DNA of 52,607 bases from Cyanobacteria bacterium J06626_4 (GTDB lineage: Bacteria; Cyanobacteriota; Cyanobacteriia; Phormidesmidales; Phormidesmidaceae), in NCBI GenBank assembly GCA_038523235.1, contig JBCBJQ010000033.1:1-52607 (forward strand), given 5' to 3'. Below are positions 9,694-18,826 of this stretch, piece after piece. The position numbers were made by a program, and so were the translations under genes. Numbering within the stretch: position 1 is the first letter of the stretch; each line of letters opens with the position of its first letter. Below the pieces are notes generated by a model, which saw nothing but the letters and a program-made list of their open reading frames with translations, did not search any database and was not told the DNA's origin.

Positions 9694-9880
9694 CCGTTTG
9701 AGGCTGGGCTAGGCTGACTTTTCCCCAGCATGTTCAAGTCAATAGCGTGTTCAAGCCCCCGGTTTCTAGGGACCGGTCACCAAGTCTCCAGCAAGTTTTT
9801 CATAGAAACCAGGGGCTTCAGATGGAATCGGTTTGATGTGGGATGACTCCCATGACTGATCAGCCAGGCCAAGCCGTTTC
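9694..9880 (+). ncRNA. ssrS: 6S RNA (SsaA/SsrS)
   Basis: About 187-nt rod: outer stem 9702-9717 with 9860-9875, inner stem AAGCCCCCGGTTTCTA (9753-9768) with TAGAAACCAGGGGCTT (9803-9818), and a central bubble between them. Motifs 'GTTCAAGTCAATA..GTTCAAGC' and 'GCTTCAGATGGAATCGGTTTGATGTGG' resemble cyanobacterial 6S RNAs as I recall them. Ends approximate. Confidence 0.8.
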
Positions 9881-9918
9881 ACACTGTATTTTCTGACGAT
9901 AGCGAGTCAAGATTGACC

Positions 9919-10596
9919 ATGGCTGCAACTGACCCCAATGTCTGGCTCCGCCGCTTGCCGATCGCCACCGGCATCCTCGGCAGTTCACTCCTCATGGTCA
10001 ATCGCTTGCTCACGCCCGCCCTGACCGAATCGCAAGCCCGGTCGGACGTGATGGGGGTGATTCTCTGCGCGGTGCTGGTGCTCACCGGGTTGCTGTGGCA
10101 GCGCGTGCAGCCGCGATCGCCCGATGCCGTTATCCTCGAAGGTGAGGCGGGATTTGAACTGGATGAGGCGCTGCCAGAGACGGTGCAAACCGAACTCGCC
10201 TGGGCCTCACACCTGCTGTTGACCAATACCGTGACGCGATCGCTGGTGGTGTATTACGACGGCCAGGTGCTGCTGCGGCGGGGCGTGTTGGGGCCGACCG
10301 CTGAGGTGACGCCGGGAGCCATCCTCAAGCGCGTGCTGGAAAAAGGCAAAGCGGTTTACCTCGTGAATACAAAGCTATATCCGGGATGGTCGGAGTTTGG
10401 CTACATGCCGCCGAATACCCAGGGCTTGATTTGCCAACCGCTGGGCGATCGCGGTGCGTTGATGTTGGGCGCTAACGCCCCCCGCAGCTATACCCGGCAA
10501 GACGAAATCTGGGTCGCCGGCATTGCCGACAAGCTGGGCGAAACCTTAGATCGGGTGATGGCCGACGAGACATCCACCTCGCCTACGCTTAAATGA
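9919..10596 (+). CDS. Cofactor assembly of complex C subunit B (CCB2/CCB4 family, CCB4-like)
   Basis: 'RRLPIATG', 'SQARSDV', 'ELAWASHLLLTNT', 'LYPG..EF..MPPNTQGLICQPLG'. Confidence 0.8.
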   Translation: MAATDPNVWLRRLPIATGILGSSLLMVNRLLTPALTESQARSDVMGVILCAVLVLTGLLWQRVQPRSPDAVILEGEAGFELDEALPETVQTELAWASHLLLTNTVTRSLVVYYDGQVLLRRGVLGPTAEVTPGAILKRVLEKGKAVYLVNTKLYPGWSEFGYMPPNTQGLICQPLGDRGALMLGANAPRSYTRQDEIWVAGIADKLGETLDRVMADETSTSPTLK

Positions 10597-10655
10597 CATT
10601 TCTAGAAAAAAGACGTTGTGTGTCGGGATTTGGCACGCTTCTTTGAAAAACGCCC

Positions 10656-13298
10656 CTACTGGCTCAGGGTCTCCAAGAGCTGTTGCTTAGCCGTTTGTAG
10701 CGCCTCGGGCAGCTTGGTGGCATCGCGTCCACCGGCCTGCGCCAAATTCGGTCGGCCGCCGCCCCCGCCGCCGCACAGTTTGGCGATCGCCCCGATGAAT
10801 TTGCCCGCCTGGAGCTTGTGCTCAATCACCGCCGGGCTAAAGGCCGCCACTAGGCTGACCTTGCCCGCTTCCGGCACCGAGCCCAAAACGACGGCCCCTT
10901 CACCGAGTTTTTGCAGCAATCGTTCGGCCGCGGTCTTGAGGGCTTCAGGGGCCACTCCCGCCATTTCTGCCACTAAGATTTTGACCGCGCCGACCGTTTC
11001 GGCCTGATCCACCAGTTGATCAGACTTGACGACGGCTAGCTCCGACTTCAAGGTTTCCAGCTCCTTTTGAGCCGACTTCAGTTCCGCCTGCAGACTGGTG
11101 ATGCGCTCGGGCACGGCTTCGGGCTTGACCTTGAAGCGATCCGACAAATCTTTGACGACTGCCTCACGGACCTTGAGATAGTCGAGCACGGCCGGGCCCG
11201 CAACCGCCTCAATGCGCCGAATGCCCGAAGCGACACCCGTTTCAGAAATGATCTTGAACAGGCCGATTTCCGCCGTGTTGCCAACGTGGGTACCGCCACA
11301 CAGCTCCATCGAGACACCGGGAAAATCGATGACGCGCACCTCGGCACCATACTTTTCGCCAAACATGGCGATCGCACCCCGTTGCTTGGCTTCATCAATG
11401 GGCATCACCTCCACGGTTGCGGCATGACCTTCCGCAATCCACGTATTCACCTGGTCTTCGATCTGCTGCACTTCTTCTGCCGTCAACGCATGGGAACAGT
11501 TGAAGTCAAATCGCAGGCGATCAAAGTCCACCAGAGAACCAGCTTGAGAAATGCTGTCATCTACCAATTTCTTAAGTGCCGCCTGCAGCAGATGGGTCGC
11601 GGTGTGATTGGCCATAGCGCGACGTCGACAGGCCCGGTCGATTTGAGCCGTGACGCGATCACCCACCGTCACGGTGCCCCGCTCGACTCGACCCACATGC
11701 AAAAAGAAATCCTGCTCTTTGCGCACGTCTTCAACCCGAAAGACAAAGTCTTCGCCCAACAGATAGCCGCGATCGCCGATTTGCCCACCGGATTCGGCAT
11801 AAAACGGCGTCTGATCCATCACGATTTGGCCAGCGGTGCCCGCCGCTGCCGTTTCCGCCGTTGCCCCCGCGACGAGAATCGCTTCGACCTGACTCGAACT
11901 TACCGGCTCTGTATAGCCCAAAAAGTCTGTCGCCCCCACCCGCTGCGCCAACCCATCCAGGCTGCTGAGCGCTGTCAGGTCAATGGTTTCGTGAGCGTCT
12001 TTGGAACGCTGCCGCTGCTGCTCCATCGCGGCTTCAAAACCGACGACATCCACCGTCAAGCCATTTTCTTCCGCGATTTCCTGCGTCAGCTCTAGGGGAA
12101 AGCCGTGGGTGTCGTACAGGACAAAGGCATCCGCGCCAGCAATTTGCTCAGTTTCCTTCGCTAAGATATCGGCCAGCAGCTTTTCGCCCTGTTCTAGCGT
12201 TTCTAAAAACCGGGTTTCTTCCCGCGCTAGTTCAGCCGTAATGACCGATTCCCGCTCGCGCACGTTGGGATATATCGCCTCTGATAGGGCGATCGCCGTA
12301 GCCGCCACCTGATTGATAAAGTTGCCCTCAATGCCCAGCAGCCGACCGTGGCGCACCACCCGCCGAATCAATCGCCGCAGCACATAGCCCCGCCCCACAT
12401 TCGACGCGGTAATGCCATCAGCAATCATATGCACCACCGCGCGCACGTGATCGCCAATCACCTTCAGCGAAATCTGCGTTTTATCATCGCAGTCGGCGTA
12501 GTTCACCCCGGCAAGATCAGCCGCCGTCTCAATGATCGGGAAGATCAGATCGGTTTCGTAGTTGTTGGGCTTTTGCTGCAGAATTTGCGCCATCCGCTCT
12601 AGCCCCAGCCCGGTATCAATGTTTTGTTTTTGCAGCGGCGTTAGCTGCTCATCCGCGTCGCGGTTGTACTGCATAAAGACCAGGTTGTAAAACTCGATAA
12701 ACCGAGTGTCATCTTCCAAGTCAATCGCGTCGTCACCTCGCTCTGGATGAAAGTCATAGTAAATCTCGGAGCAAGGGCCGCAGGGGCCGGTAGGGCCAGA
12801 GGTCCAAAAATTATCCGCCTCATCCATCCGCAAAATGCGATGGGGCGGCACACCGATCTGATCGCGCCAGATCGCAAAGGCTTCGTCATCTTCGCGAAAG
12901 ACGCTCACCACTAGCCGCTCGGCGGGTAGCTGAAACACTTCGGTCGAGAGTTCCCAGGCCCAAGCGATCGCCTGCTCTTTGAAATAGTCGCCAAAGCTAA
13001 AGTTGCCCAGCATCTCAAAAAACGTGTGGTGCCGCGCCGTGCGACCGACGTTTTCGATGTCGTTGGTGCGAATGCATTTTTGTGAGGTGGTGGCGCGATC
13101 TACCGTGGCGGGACGCTGCCCCAAAAAGATCGGCTTAAACTGCAGCATGCCCGCGATCGTCAGCAGCACCGTGGGATCTTCTGGCACCAGGGAGGCACTG
13201 GGCAAGATCGTATGCTGCCGTTGCGCATAAAACTCTAGAAAGGTTTTCCGAATATCGGCACCCTGAGTGACCACAGGCTGAGAGTGAGAAGTAGACAT
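10656..13298 (-). CDS. alaS: Alanine--tRNA ligase
   Basis: '[23 protein letters not shown]', 'NHTATHLL', 'ELCGGTH', '[14 protein letters not shown]'. Confidence 0.99.
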   Translation of the reverse strand: MSTSHSQPVVTQGADIRKTFLEFYAQRQHTILPSASLVPEDPTVLLTIAGMLQFKPIFLGQRPATVDRATTSQKCIRTNDIENVGRTARHHTFFEMLGNFSFGDYFKEQAIAWAWELSTEVFQLPAERLVVSVFREDDEAFAIWRDQIGVPPHRILRMDEADNFWTSGPTGPCGPCSEIYYDFHPERGDDAIDLEDDTRFIEFYNLVFMQYNRDADEQLTPLQKQNIDTGLGLERMAQILQQKPNNYETDLIFPIIETAADLAGVNYADCDDKTQISLKVIGDHVRAVVHMIADGITASNVGRGYVLRRLIRRVVRHGRLLGIEGNFINQVAATAIALSEAIYPNVRERESVITAELAREETRFLETLEQGEKLLADILAKETEQIAGADAFVLYDTHGFPLELTQEIAEENGLTVDVVGFEAAMEQQRQRSKDAHETIDLTALSSLDGLAQRVGATDFLGYTEPVSSSQVEAILVAGATAETAAAGTAGQIVMDQTPFYAESGGQIGDRGYLLGEDFVFRVEDVRKEQDFFLHVGRVERGTVTVGDRVTAQIDRACRRRAMANHTATHLLQAALKKLVDDSISQAGSLVDFDRLRFDFNCSHALTAEEVQQIEDQVNTWIAEGHAATVEVMPIDEAKQRGAIAMFGEKYGAEVRVIDFPGVSMELCGGTHVGNTAEIGLFKIISETGVASGIRRIEAVAGPAVLDYLKVREAVVKDLSDRFKVKPEAVPERITSLQAELKSAQKELETLKSELAVVKSDQLVDQAETVGAVKILVAEMAGVAPEALKTAAERLLQKLGEGAVVLGSVPEAGKVSLVAAFSPAVIEHKLQAGKFIGAIAKLCGGGGGGRPNLAQAGGRDATKLPEALQTAKQQLLETLSQ

Positions 13299-13978
13299 AG
13301 GACGATGAACGCGGGGCGATCGGGACGCGAATAATTTTGACGACTATTTACTTATTGTGAGGGATGTTAGCCCATCTCGTGGACAAACCCACAACAAACT
13401 CACCAGACCCGGGAAAGGCAGTCGTCCATCATCGTCTCCATCGGACTTCGCCGCGACTTTTTTCATCGAGACGATCAACGTTCGGCCTCTCCGGAAACCG
13501 ATAGTTAATGTCACCTTGGCCAGCTCCCCCAAACGTTCAAACACCTGTGAACAAGAGGAGTATAGTAAAGCGCATACAGACCTCACCGCGATCGCTGCTG
13601 CCTCACCTGGCGGCAGTTTGGCACCGAACTCAAGCCGTTTTTTGAGGTGAATTGCAAGATTGTCCGGGAATCGTCAACATCAGATTGAATAAAAGTTAAC
13701 CGCTGGCTAACATCACTGACCAACCGAGCGCGTGTTCATAAAGTCCCCTGGTCTTTCACAAGCGTGATTTAGCCACAGCGGCCCATCAGCAGAGAGTTTC
13801 GAAACCCAGCTCCCAAGGTGTCGAAGTTTTTTCTCTACCCTAGTGCGTCCACGTTTACAGATCTGGTGAGGGTACCTCAAAATGAGTATGTAGCAGTGAA
13901 TTACACTCTTCATATACTTGTTGGCACTTGCTCTCCCGTGATTTCTCTTTTCCGCACAGGCTCACTTCTTATCCGGCA

Positions 13979-14959
13979 ATGAATGCATCGGTTTTAATCG
14001 TTGGCGAGTCTGAATTCTCTGAACGCCTCTGTGAACAAGTTCGGGGTCTCTCTGCCATGACGTCTTGGCAAGCAGAGAGTGCAGATGCCGCTTTCAAGCT
14101 CTTAGAGTCAGAGACGCCAGACATCATCGTGTTGCAGGCCAACGTCTCAAGTAACTGGGAGTTTTGTCGTACGCTCAAGCAACAGCGTCATCTCATGTGG
14201 TGCTACTGCATTTTGCTAGACGAGCGTCTCTGCCCTGACGAACATCCGTCAACAGAAATTCTGCTCCGTCAAACGGGTCTGACCACCACGGCCATAGAAA
14301 CCGGGGCAGACGCTTACCTGTGGGTGCCGAAAATCGTCGAGAGCACCTCAGCAGCGTCGGCAGAGCATCTTAACCGCCTGCTGCAGGCCCATATTAGAGC
14401 CGCTAGTCGGCGTAATCAGGCCTATCGAGAGCTGTCTCAGGCGAATGATTTGCTATCGGCGATCGCCCTCGTTGACCCCCTGACGCAACTGGGCAATCGC
14501 CGCGCCTTTGATTGGGAAATGCCGCGCCAGATTCAAGTTACTCGCGAGCAAAACCATCCGTTGAGCCTGCTGGTGCTCGACATTGACTTCTTTAAACAGG
14601 TGAATGACGCCCACGGTCACCTCGTGGGCGATCAAGTCTTGCGCATGTTTGCCGAACGCCTACGACATCACATGCGATTTTATGAAACCCCCTTTCGCTA
14701 TGGGGGGGAAGAGTTTGTCGTGATTCTGCAAAACACCTCTTTTGAGGAAGCTGAGCAGGTCGCTGAGCGGCTCCGGCGGCTGATTGATGATGCCCCTTTT
14801 GTCGTTTCTCAACGGCTAGATTTATCGCTGACGGTCAGCATTGGGGCCGCCACCTTAGATATTTGTGATGATAGTAAAGGCGAAGACTTGATTCGCCGCG
14901 CCGATAGCAATCTCTTAAAAGCTAAAAACACCGGTCGCAACCGCGTCATCATTAGCTAG
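13979..14959 (+). CDS. Diguanylate cyclase with N-terminal pseudo-receiver domain
   Basis: 'DPLTQLGNRR', 'DIDFFKQVNDAHGHLVGD', 'RYGGEEF'; receiver-like N-terminus. Confidence 0.9.
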   Translation: MNASVLIVGESEFSERLCEQVRGLSAMTSWQAESADAAFKLLESETPDIIVLQANVSSNWEFCRTLKQQRHLMWCYCILLDERLCPDEHPSTEILLRQTGLTTTAIETGADAYLWVPKIVESTSAASAEHLNRLLQAHIRAASRRNQAYRELSQANDLLSAIALVDPLTQLGNRRAFDWEMPRQIQVTREQNHPLSLLVLDIDFFKQVNDAHGHLVGDQVLRMFAERLRHHMRFYETPFRYGGEEFVVILQNTSFEEAEQVAERLRRLIDDAPFVVSQRLDLSLTVSIGAATLDICDDSKGEDLIRRADSNLLKAKNTGRNRVIIS

Positions 14960-15135
14960 TTGAACTCGCGTGCGCAAACAGTACCGTTAACACCGGTTGA
15001 TTAATGCGAAACTGTTACCCGTTCTAGTGACGCACAGGAAACGTCATCAGCCTGGGCACATTGGGGACAATGATGCCGTCTGTTTAGTTGAACCAAATTT
15101 ACGTTTTGAGTCTGACATCTTTTTGGAGCTGCCTG

Positions 15136-15765
15136 ATGCGCTACCCCTCGATCGCTCTCTTAGTCAATCATTTAACGGGCGATCGCCCTAGCCGTCAGCA
15201 CCCGACCTGGCGGCATCAAGCCCTGACGCTCAGCGGCCTGCTACTCGGCGTCGGCAGCGTCTTTTTGCCCTTCTCTAACGCCAGCGCCTTAGAAGAAGTG
15301 CGGCTGTCATACCGCGGGTTTCAGTTTGGCAGCCTGTTAGTCAGTGACTTGGCGACCTTTTCCGAAACGGGACAGCCCTCGCAAAACTTAGAAACTTTTT
15401 TGAACGTCATTGACGTTGATGAGGCCACCGCGATCGCGGCGTTAACCACAGAAGTAGCTGTTGACAGCTCACTTTTGAGCGAGGCCAGTCAAACCTTTGC
15501 GGGCGAGAGCTTTTTTCAGTTATTGGGCACCACAATCAAGATGACTGACTCGTCATCTTCTCCCAGCTGGGTCTATCTGCGCGATGCAGTGGTTGCGTCG
15601 GCCTCTGATAATCAGGTCACTGCGTTAGAAATCTTGCAGGCGTTTCCCAGCAATGCCATCGTGCTTGAAACGGACAAAATTGGGCCGGTCGTTGAGCAAC
15701 TGCAATCCGATAGCTCTGTCCTGGCAGCGTTCTTAGAAGAGGGATTTCTCGACGCTGCTGACTAG
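15136..15765 (+). CDS. DUF1400-type (alpha/beta-hydrolase N-terminal) exported protein
   Basis: Signal-like segment then 'ASALEEVRLSY', 'LATFSETG', 'LRDAVVASA', 'LEILQAFP'. Start uncertain. Confidence 0.7.
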   Translation: MRYPSIALLVNHLTGDRPSRQHPTWRHQALTLSGLLLGVGSVFLPFSNASALEEVRLSYRGFQFGSLLVSDLATFSETGQPSQNLETFLNVIDVDEATAIAALTTEVAVDSSLLSEASQTFAGESFFQLLGTTIKMTDSSSSPSWVYLRDAVVASASDNQVTALEILQAFPSNAIVLETDKIGPVVEQLQSDSSVLAAFLEEGFLDAAD

Positions 15766-16134
15766 GCGATCGCTGCCAACGGCAACGCGATGGGCATCCC
15801 CAGAAAAGTACCGCCTCTTCAGCACCGGTATCCGGCAGTCACCGCCCGCTGCCGAGGGAAAGTCGGGCCACTGAGTCCGAGCAGCACCGGAGAAGACTGG
15901 GCTGGTCTGGGGGCGGGTAAGATACCAAGATATGAGGCCAGAGAGTTGCTCAACCATCGCCGCCGGCGCGGCGGGCATGAGCCAGGCTAAACGCTGACGG
16001 CGAATGGTCTATCTTTGAGGATGTGATTGGCCTGCAGGTCTCTGATGGGGATGTCATCAACTGCCCCAGCGCAAGCGTGGTCAGACTTGGTGAGCGATGG
16101 CCGGTTCTATTAGCAATGACCAGGAGAGGTAAGC

Positions 16135-16746
16135 GTGAGCAGATCTGATCAGGTGAGACGCCACATTATGGCTATCGGCATTTGGGCCTTGAGTGCTGGC
16201 GTCGCGATCGCTCAAACGCCCCCGGAAACCCCAACGGAGGAGCCGCCAGCCGCCGCTCCCGCCGTGGTGGAAGGCGCTAACCTCGAAAGCTTTGAGACCT
16301 ACCGACTCGTCGATCGCTTTTCGATCGAAATTCCGGCGGGCTGGTTGGTGCAGGAAGATGACACCGGACAGGTAGTGACCATCACCAGCTACAGTGCCGA
16401 CGGGCCACCGCCACTGGCGACTGACATTAAAACAGAGGTCACCCTAGTTAATGAGCCCCCCACGACCTACGTCGAACGTGAGCTGGATAGCTTGATCAGC
16501 CAGGCCAATGAGCAGGGTTACATCATCGATCAGTACGGCCTAGCAGCAGTGGGCAACAACGAAGCCCTGCGGCTGTGGATTATCGACCTGCCGGGCGAAT
16601 TTTCTGAGCAAATGATTACTTTTGTTGGGTATGAGACCGGCCAAACTGCGAAAATTGTCTCTTATTTCAATGACACTTCCATCGCAACTAAAGATACGAT
16701 TCTGCAGATGCATGGTTCCTTTGATTTTGCTACAGCAGCAGAATAG
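16135..16746 (+). CDS. Exported PsbP-like (Mog1/PsbP fold) protein
   Basis: AGGAGAGG RBS before GTG; signal peptide ending AIA-Q; 'FETYRLVDRFSIEIPAGW'; C-terminal 'MHGSF'. Confidence 0.6.
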   Translation: MSRSDQVRRHIMAIGIWALSAGVAIAQTPPETPTEEPPAAAPAVVEGANLESFETYRLVDRFSIEIPAGWLVQEDDTGQVVTITSYSADGPPPLATDIKTEVTLVNEPPTTYVERELDSLISQANEQGYIIDQYGLAAVGNNEALRLWIIDLPGEFSEQMITFVGYETGQTAKIVSYFNDTSIATKDTILQMHGSFDFATAAE

Positions 16747-16796
16747 GGCTGCTACAGTAGGTGGAACCCTTAAGGAAAAGTGGGGTGTTGAAGCGC

Positions 16797-17549
16797 ATGA
16801 AACCAATTTTAGTCATCGTTCACCAACCCACCTCCGATCCCGGTTTGGTAGGCGAAAAACTGCGATCGCGGGGTTACGCCCTCGATATCCGCTGTCCGGC
16901 TTTGGGCGATGAGCTGCCGAAGACGATGGCGCATCATGCCGGGGCTGCTGTGTTTGGCGGGCCGATGAGTGCCAATGATGACGAGACTCTGCCTTTTATT
17001 CGCACCGAATTAGACTGGATTGCGATCGCCCTCGCTTCGGATAAACCCTACTTGGGCATTTGTTTGGGGGCGCAGCTGTTGGCCCGAGTGTTGGGGGCGG
17101 AGGTTTCGCCTCACGCCGCCGGCATCAGCGAAATTGGCTATGGTGAGCTATGGCCAACGGCGGCGGGCGCTCCTTACATTCCAACGCCGATGAGCGTTTA
17201 CCAATGGCATAGTGAAGGGTTTACCTTACCCGCCGGGGCAGTGGGTCTGGCAACGGGGGAGACGTTTCCGCATCAGGCGTTTGCCTATGGCGAGATGGTA
17301 TTTGGCCTGCAGTTCCATCCCGAAATGACGACGGCCCTGATTGACAACTGGACAACCCGAGGCGCTGACCAGCTTCAAAAACTGGGGGCTCAGCCCCGCG
17401 AGCAGCATTTTCAGCAGCATCAAACCCATGGCGCTCACGTTGACCAGTGGCTGGATAAATTTTTAACCGATTGGCTCAAGGGCCAAGGGTGGCCAGCTCA
17501 GCAGTCAGCGTCGGGCTCGGCGCTCTTGGCACATCAACGCTCGCGTTGA
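16797..17549 (+). CDS. Class I glutamine amidotransferase-like protein
   Basis: 'GGPMSAND', 'LGICLGAQL', 'QWHSEGF', 'GLQFHPE' (Cys-His-Glu triad). Confidence 0.9.
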   Translation: MKPILVIVHQPTSDPGLVGEKLRSRGYALDIRCPALGDELPKTMAHHAGAAVFGGPMSANDDETLPFIRTELDWIAIALASDKPYLGICLGAQLLARVLGAEVSPHAAGISEIGYGELWPTAAGAPYIPTPMSVYQWHSEGFTLPAGAVGLATGETFPHQAFAYGEMVFGLQFHPEMTTALIDNWTTRGADQLQKLGAQPREQHFQQHQTHGAHVDQWLDKFLTDWLKGQGWPAQQSASGSALLAHQRSR

Positions 17550-17750
17550 CCAGTTACCTGCGGAATGCTCACCTGATCTGGGTGGCAACTGCTTTTAAGC
17601 CCATAATCTGCCATGATGACACGCTCAGAGTGGCTGATCGTCCTGGCCTCGTTCATGTGATGATTGGTGCGATCGACGACAAATTACCGCCCAACCTGGG
17701 GAAAAGTCGGCCAGATTCTGTGAGAAACGCCAATAAACTGGGGAAAAGAT

Positions 17751-18632
17751 GTGAAAGTTGGGATTTTAGGGACGGGACTGATGGGCGCGCCGATGGCGCT
17801 GCAGCTACAAGCCTGCGGCCATGAGGTGGTGGTCCATAACCGGTCTGAGACCAAACTGCAGCCGTTGACGGCTAGCGGCATAGTCGCTAAGGGCACGGCA
17901 GGTGAAGTCCTGCAGTCCACTGACTGCACAATTTTGATGCTGGCAGACGCCGCCGCGATCGCCGAAACGCTACTCACCCCAACGGCCGCCGCCGCTCTGG
18001 CAAACCACACGGTCATTCAAATGGGCACTATTGCGCCGGCAGAAAGTCGGCATCTCCTCGCGCAGGTGACCGCTGCTGGCGGCGCGTATCTAGAGGCTCC
18101 GGTGCTGGGCAGCATTCCTCAAGTTAAAACGGGGAGCTTGATTGTCATGGTGGGTAGCACAGCAGCTCAGTTCGAACAGTGGCAGCCGCTGCTGCAGTGT
18201 TTGGGCAATCAGATCACTCACCTCGGGCCAGTGGGCGCTGGGGCAGCGGTGAAGCTGGCAATGAATCAACTGATTGGCTCACTGACCGCTGCTTTCGCCC
18301 AAAGCTTGGCCCTTGTGCAGCGCGAAGCGATCGCGGTCGATCAGTTTATGGAAATTGTGCGTCACAGTGCCCTCTATGCGCCGACCTTCGATAAAAAGTT
18401 GAGCCGCATGTGCGATCGCAACTTCGACCATCCCAACTTTCCCACCAAGCACTTGCTGAAAGATCTGCGGCTGTTTTCTCAAGCCGCCACGACGGCAGGC
18501 ATCGTCCCCACAGTGGCAGACAGTGTCGCAACGCTCGTTGAGCAGGCGATCGCTCAAGGGTTAGCCGATCAGGACTACTCGGCACTGTATGCAGCGGTCA
18601 ATCCCCCGTCAGCAGACTCCCTGGATAGCTAA
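17751..18632 (+). CDS. NAD(P)-dependent oxidoreductase, 3-hydroxyisobutyrate dehydrogenase family
   Basis: 'GILGTGLMGAPMA', 'EAPVLGS', 'KLAMN', 'FPTKHLLKD'. Confidence 0.9.
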   Translation: MKVGILGTGLMGAPMALQLQACGHEVVVHNRSETKLQPLTASGIVAKGTAGEVLQSTDCTILMLADAAAIAETLLTPTAAAALANHTVIQMGTIAPAESRHLLAQVTAAGGAYLEAPVLGSIPQVKTGSLIVMVGSTAAQFEQWQPLLQCLGNQITHLGPVGAGAAVKLAMNQLIGSLTAAFAQSLALVQREAIAVDQFMEIVRHSALYAPTFDKKLSRMCDRNFDHPNFPTKHLLKDLRLFSQAATTAGIVPTVADSVATLVEQAIAQGLADQDYSALYAAVNPPSADSLDS

Positions 18633-18633
18633 A

Positions 18634-18656
18634 GGATGATCCAAAAGGGATCGTCC
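18634..18656. terminator. Hairpin just after the oxidoreductase stop codon, between convergent genes
   Basis: GGATGATCC-AAAAG-GGATCGTCC. Confidence 0.4.
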
Positions 18657-18826
18657 CCTCGCGTGCCATAGCGAGCCACCGTCAGGTTTGGCCACTTTTA
18701 ATCGCCGGATCGCTGGCGGCAAGGCTCTTCCCTGGACCTGGAACCCTACACCTTTCTACCCTCTGCTATATCCAGTCCTCACTTCATCCCGGTCTCTGGT
18801 ATTTGTGGGCAACGGGGAAACCGCAC

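Noticed and set aside
9753..9818. Hairpin resembling an IS200/IS605 end
   Set aside because: No tnpA or tnpB is nearby, and the hairpin is better explained as the inner stem of 6S RNA.
13889..13905. TGTA...TACA palindrome upstream of the diguanylate cyclase
   Set aside because: The spacer is 9 nt, not the 8 nt of an NtcA box.
15766..16134. GAGGGAAAGTCGGGCCAC resembling the RNase P 'GAGGAAAGTCCGGGC' motif; short ORFs on both strands
   Set aside because: The match is imperfect, the other rnpB conserved regions are missing, and the ORFs have no recognisable features.
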